64,000 nucleotides of DNA from a virus, in IMG/VR virus record IMGVR_UViG_3300027762_000214, positions 7,432 through 71,431 of that record. One strand, 5' to 3'. The notes under the pieces are model-generated. The model was given only the letters and a program-made list of their open reading frames with translations, did no database searches and was not told the DNA's origin. Positions 59,575 through 64,000 of this stretch are shown here, one piece after another. The stretch's first letter is position 1. The number at the start of each line of letters is the position of its first letter. The translations under genes and the position numbers were made by a program.

Positions 59575-59739
59575 ATGCCACGCGGACACTTGACCAAAGA
59601 TATTATTAAGTGTGAAATTCTCAAGTTGAAAAATGATTTGGATAAAGAGTGGATGAATAAATCTGGATATGATCCAAAATGGTTGGCGCATCATTATCTC
59701 AATAAAGTCTTAGATAAGATTGAGGAGTATAGGGCTTGA
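59575..59739 (+). CDS. Small hypothetical protein (54 aa)
   Basis: MPRGHLTK...YLNKVLDKIEEYRA. Confidence 0.55.
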   Translation: MPRGHLTKDIIKCEILKLKNDLDKEWMNKSGYDPKWLAHHYLNKVLDKIEEYRA

Positions 59740-59814
59740 CACACCGCACGACGTAGTGCTATGATAAATAGGTAAACAAATGTTACGGATCTCTAACAAT
59801 TCTTAACATTGCGA

Positions 59815-59925
59815 ACACCCGTTTAACCGAGACCTATGGGTGTATAAATTACGTCTCTCATACCCAGTCTGAGGGTGACTGGGGAATAGTATCACCACCA
59901 TTTCCCTGATGGTCTTACTACTCTT
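59815..59925 (+). ncRNA. PhotoRC-II-like psbA leader RNA
   Basis: gagac...gtctc, ccagtc-tgagggt-gactgg and accat-ttccctg-atggt hairpins in the psbA 5' UTR. Confidence 0.65.
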
Positions 59926-59933
59926 TTAAACAA

Positions 59934-61493
59934 ATGACTGCTTCAATTGCTTCACGTCAACAACAATCGAATATCTGGGAACAGTTCTGCAACTGGGTTA
60001 CTTCAACCGATAACCGCCTTTATGTTGGTTGGTTCGGTGTCCTGATGATCCCAACGCTGCTTGCTGCTGCTACTTGTTTCATCATCGCATTCATCGGTGC
60101 TCCCCCTGTGGACATTGATGGTATCCGTGAACCCGTTGCTGGTTCACTCATGTACGGAAACAACATCATCTCTGGTGCTGTTATTCCTTCGTCCAATGCT
60201 ATTGGACTGCACTTTTACCCCATCTGGGAAGCTGCTTCCCTAGATGAGTGGCTTTACAACGGTGGGCCTTTCCAGCTGGTGGTGTTCCACTTCCTGATTG
60301 GTATCTATGCCTACATGGGTCGTGAATGGGAACTCTCCTATCGTCTTGGTATGCGTCCTTGGATTATGGTTGCTTATAGCGCACCTGTTGCTGCTGCATC
60401 TGCTGTATTCCTGGTCTATCCTTTCGGTCAAGGTTCTTTCTCTGATGCGATGCCTTTGGGTATCTCTGGTACTTTTAACTACATGCTGGTGTTCCAGGCA
60501 GAGCACAACATCCTGATGCACCCCTTCCATATGCTTGGAGTTGCTGGTGTCTTCGGTGGTTCTCTGTTCAGTGCTATGCACGGTTCTCTGGTTACTTCCT
60601 CGCTGGTTCGTGAAACCACTGAGAACGAATCTCAGAACTACGGTTACAAGTTCGGTCAAGAAGAAGAGACTTATAACATCGTTGCTGCTCATGGTTATTT
60701 TGGACGCCTTATTTTTCAATATGCTTCCTTTAATAACTCACGTTCGCTGCACTTCTTCTTAGCGGCGTGGCCCGTTGTAGGCATCTGGTTCACTGCTCTT
60801 GGTGTTTCTACGATGGCTTTTAACCTCAATCGTCGGGGTCCCGTCCTAGCAATTTGACGGTAAACATCGGGTGAACTGCTGGAAGCCCTCCACAAATGGG
60901 TAATCAGCATCCAAGTCCAAAGTACACTTTGGAAAGGTTCAGAGACTACCTGAGGAGTTCAGTCTCCTTAATAACAGGAATAAGTGCCCGACATCCTAAA
61001 CGGATGAAGATATAGTCCACTCCTTAAAGATGGTAAATTTAAGGGTTCAGTGCAACGGTTTCAACTTTAACCAATCTATCGTAGATAGTCAGGGTAAAGT
61101 TATTAATACTTGGGCAGATGTGCTCAATCGTGCAGGACTCGGAATGGAGGTAATGCACGAACGGAACGCTAGATTTGTTGGTGTTCTTGCTTAGGAATAA
61201 GCATTAGTAAAATCGGGTTAAACGGGGAAACTCTCTATGAGACAATCCCGTACCAAGTCAGAAAGGGTTTAAGTTTTCTGAAAGGTCTAACGACTAGGTG
61301 GTGAGTCCCAACAATAATCCACCCACGAATGCCCGACATCCAGAACGGATGAAGAGATAGTCTGAACTTACTAGTGATAGTAAGAAGTAGAGGATAAAGA
61401 ACCACTACGATAACAAAATTGCACAACTTCCCACTTGACCTTGCTGCCGCAGAAGCAACTCCTGTTGCTCTTACTGCACCTGCAATCGGTTGA
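59934..61493 (+). CDS. psbA: Photosystem II D1; exons 59934-60826, 61053-61170, 61422-61493 (360 aa spliced)
   Basis: Joined exons are 1083 nt and restore ...[12 protein letters not shown]...[13 protein letters not shown]... Confidence 0.96.
60827..61052 (+). mobile_element. Group I intron 1 in psbA (226 nt, no ORF)
   Basis: Exon ends in U and intron ends in G; P1 ACCU/GGGU; P aactgctggaa, Q aatcagcatcc, R gttcagagacta, S aagatatagtcc. Confidence 0.92.
61171..61421 (+). mobile_element. Group I intron 2 in psbA (251 nt, no ORF)
   Basis: P1 GAACGCU/GGUGUUC with a U.G pair; terminal G; R gtctaacgacta, S aagagatagtct. Confidence 0.92.
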
Positions 61494-61500
61494 TAAAATT

Positions 61501-61527
61501 GGAGACCCTTTACGGGTCTCTTTTTTT
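61501..61527 (+). terminator. psbA terminator
   Basis: gagaccc-ttac/tttac-gggtctc followed by T7. Confidence 0.85.
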
Positions 61528-61580
61528 GTGCTATAATGGAGTTTAAGATTTTATAAATAGTTAAAAGTTTAAATACCATA

Positions 61581-62102
61581 ATGAGAAGCACTAAGATTTG
61601 TAGAACCTGCACACAAGAACTTCCCGTTTCTGATTTTAGAGAAGGTCGTAGAAGGTGCATTAGGTGCGAGGAAAAAACTTATGCAGAAAACTGGGCAAGT
61701 AAAACTCACATTACTTGCAACAAATGTGGTGTAGAAAAATTGATTTCTGAATATTACAAAGGGCACAAAAGGTGCAAGGAATGTTATAGTAAAGACTATA
61801 AGGATAAGAAACCTTCCTTTGATGATAAGAAGGACTATATGTTGAAATATACTTATGGAGAAGATTTTGGACTAGACGAATATAAAAAACTCCTTCAGGA
61901 ACAAAATGAAGTTTGTGCTATTTGCTTTAATCCAAATACCAATGGTAGAAAAGATAGTAATAGTCTTTATGTGGACCACGACCATAATACTGGTAAAGTT
62001 CGTGGATTGCTTTGTAGCAACTGTAATAGAATGCTTGGTCTAGTTGGTGATAATTTAAATACATTAAGTAGTGCAGTTAAATATCTACAAAAGCACCAAT
62101 AA
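61581..62102 (+). CDS. Free-standing endonuclease VII-family homing endonuclease (F-CphI-like)
   Basis: QNEVCAIC...VDHDHNTGKVRGLLCSNCN; two N-terminal CxxC repeats; sits between psbA and psbD. Confidence 0.88.
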   Translation: MRSTKICRTCTQELPVSDFREGRRRCIRCEEKTYAENWASKTHITCNKCGVEKLISEYYKGHKRCKECYSKDYKDKKPSFDDKKDYMLKYTYGEDFGLDEYKKLLQEQNEVCAICFNPNTNGRKDSNSLYVDHDHNTGKVRGLLCSNCNRMLGLVGDNLNTLSSAVKYLQKHQ

Positions 62103-62290
62103 TATGTCTCATAATACTCAACACGAACCTATGCCTAACTGGGTAATCTGGGCAGGTATAGGTATGATGATATTCACCATACTTTGCTTTGTCTTACTGA
62201 CTGTTGGGATGATTTATGAATGAGTAGAATCACTCATTGACTCTTATTGTGAAGTATTGTAAACTAAATATGAGAAATACATAGGAGGTT

Positions 62291-63352
62291 ATGACTTCTT
62301 CAACACTTTCACAACCAATTTCACAAAGAGGATGGTTCGATGTACTCGACGACTGGCTTAAAAGAGATCGTTTCGTTTTTGTTGGTTGGTCTGGACTTCT
62401 TCTTTTTCCCACTGCTTACCTTGCTCTTGGTGGTTGGCTTACTGGGACAACTTTCGTTACGAGTTGGTATACTCACGGGTTGGCAAGTTCCTATCTTGAG
62501 GGTGCAAACTTTCTTACTGCGGCAGTTAGTACTCCAGCAGACGCTATGGGTCATTCTCTTCTTCTGCTCTGGGGTCCTGAGGCTCAAGGGGATATCGTCA
62601 GGTGGTTCCAACTTGGGGGACTCTGGCCTTTTGTGGCACTCCACGGATCTTTCGCTCTGATTGGATTTATGCTTAGGCAGTTTGAGATTGCTCGTCTTGT
62701 GGGTATTCGCCCTTATAACGCAATCGCATTCTCTGGTCCTATCGCTGTGTTCGTCAGCGTCTTCCTGATGTACCCTCTGGGACAGTCCAGTTGGTTCTTC
62801 GCACCTTCCTTTGGTGTCGCCGCTATCTTCCGTTTCCTGCTCTTCCTACAGGGTTTTCACAACTGGACGCTGAACCCCTTCCATATGATGGGAGTTGCTG
62901 GTATACTGGGTGGAGCACTGCTCTGTGCGATTCATGGAGCAACTGTAGAAAACACATTATTTGAAGACAGTGATCAATCAAACACTTTCAAAGCATTTGA
63001 ACCGACTCAAGAGGAAGAGACATATTCAATGGTTACTGCGAACCGTTTTTGGTCGCAGATATTTGGCATTGCTTTTAGTAACAAGCGTTGGCTTCATTTC
63101 TTTATGCTCTTCGTCCCAGTTATGGGTCTCTGGACTTCTTCCATTGGTATTATTGGCTTGGCTCTTAACCTTCGTGCTTACGATTTCGTGAGTCAGGAAA
63201 TCAGAGCGGCAGAAGATCCAGAGTTTGAAACGTTCTATACAAAGAACATCCTCCTTAATGAGGGACTTCGAGCGTGGATGGCTCCAGTAGATCAACCTCA
63301 TGAGAACTTTGTGTTCCCTGAGGAAGTTCTTCCTAGAGGAAACGCACTCTAA
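62291..63352 (+). CDS. psbD: Photosystem II D2
   Basis: [23 protein letters not shown]...[10 protein letters not shown]. Confidence 0.98.
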   Translation: MTSSTLSQPISQRGWFDVLDDWLKRDRFVFVGWSGLLLFPTAYLALGGWLTGTTFVTSWYTHGLASSYLEGANFLTAAVSTPADAMGHSLLLLWGPEAQGDIVRWFQLGGLWPFVALHGSFALIGFMLRQFEIARLVGIRPYNAIAFSGPIAVFVSVFLMYPLGQSSWFFAPSFGVAAIFRFLLFLQGFHNWTLNPFHMMGVAGILGGALLCAIHGATVENTLFEDSDQSNTFKAFEPTQEEETYSMVTANRFWSQIFGIAFSNKRWLHFFMLFVPVMGLWTSSIGIIGLALNLRAYDFVSQEIRAAEDPEFETFYTKNILLNEGLRAWMAPVDQPHENFVFPEEVLPRGNAL

Positions 63353-63360
63353 AATAAATA

Positions 63361-63388
63361 AGGGAGTTCCAAAGAACTCCTTTTTTTT
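63361..63388 (+). terminator. psbD terminator
   Basis: ggagttc-caaa-gaactcc followed by T8. Confidence 0.85.
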
Positions 63389-63494
63389 ATGGCATTTCTT
63401 CTAATGCTCCTTCTATTCCAACTCTTTGGTGTCATTATGTTCATATTGTCCATCGCACAAGATCTCTAATACATACAACAGTTACCTTTTAACT

Positions 63495-63656
63495 ATGAAA
63501 ACTATAACCTTCACAGAAGAACAGATTAAACTTCTGGCAGATGCTGTATGGGTGCGACAGCGTCGTTTTATTGCTGGAGACAAACGATTTAAAGAATATG
63601 GGGAGATGCTAGATAATATCCTTGAAGGTATTGAATATACTCCATCAAGATTCTGA
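63495..63656 (+). CDS. Small hypothetical protein
   Basis: MKTITFTEEQIKLLADAVWVRQR... Confidence 0.55.
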   Translation: MKTITFTEEQIKLLADAVWVRQRRFIAGDKRFKEYGEMLDNILEGIEYTPSRF

Positions 63657-63734
63657 TTATGACTATGGAATGTATGCATTAAAAAAATACTGACCAAGAT
63701 CTATGAAATAAATATTCATAAGTCGCACGTACTT

Positions 63735-64000
63735 ATGAATATTCTTCAGTCGCCTCAAGACTACTTGTTCAATTTACAAACAACAAGTTCATCTGAAGCA
63801 AGACGATTATGGAGAAAACATATAAAAGAAAGTTGGAGTCATAAATGTGCTTATTGTAACTCCGAAGAAAATTTAACATTAGATCACGTTGTTCCACAAT
63901 CAAAAGGTGGTTTAGATATTACAAGAAATGTGGTATGCTGTTGCCATTCTTGTAATCAATCTAAAGGTCATGAGTATTGGAAGTTGTGGTATGTCCAACA
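63735..64000 (+). CDS. HNH endonuclease (3'-truncated by the window edge)
   Basis: CAYCNS...TLDHVVPQSKGG...NVVCCCHSCNQSKG. Confidence 0.85.
   Translation, partial: MNILQSPQDYLFNLQTTSSSEARRLWRKHIKESWSHKCAYCNSEENLTLDHVVPQSKGGLDITRNVVCCCHSCNQSKGHEYWKLWYVQ

Noticed and set aside
60827-60857. psbA as a truncated pseudogene (track ORF ends RRGPVLAI)
   Set aside because: This is read-through into intron 1; splicing restores a full 360-aa D1.

Overview
Window from a T4-like cyanophage (cyanomyovirus; probably freshwater Synechococcus/Cyanobium-type, inferred from gene content), almost entirely on the + strand. Left to right it contains: a repeat-rich virion-type ORF; the replication module (CobS-like AAA, gp45, gp44, Dam, gp62, RegA, Hsp20, gp43, UvsX, gp41, MazG, gp61, NrdA/B); late genes that look like T4-style internal head proteins; a cell-wall hydrolase locus; ten tRNAs; host-derived auxiliary genes (SLH porin, Dps, gnd, an unannotated NdhP-like peptide, two hli, petF, peroxiredoxin); a ~16 kb sugar-nucleotide/glycosyltransferase island behind a manA-like RNA; and psbA split by two group I introns, followed by an EndoVII-type homing endonuclease and psbD. 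The strongest unexplained signal is a complete dnaX/IS911-style -1 frameshift cassette (internal SD, A_AAA_AAG, long hairpin) joining a C39 peptidase ORF to a GH24 lysozyme ORF. All calls come from reading the sequence by eye; no searches or folding were run.
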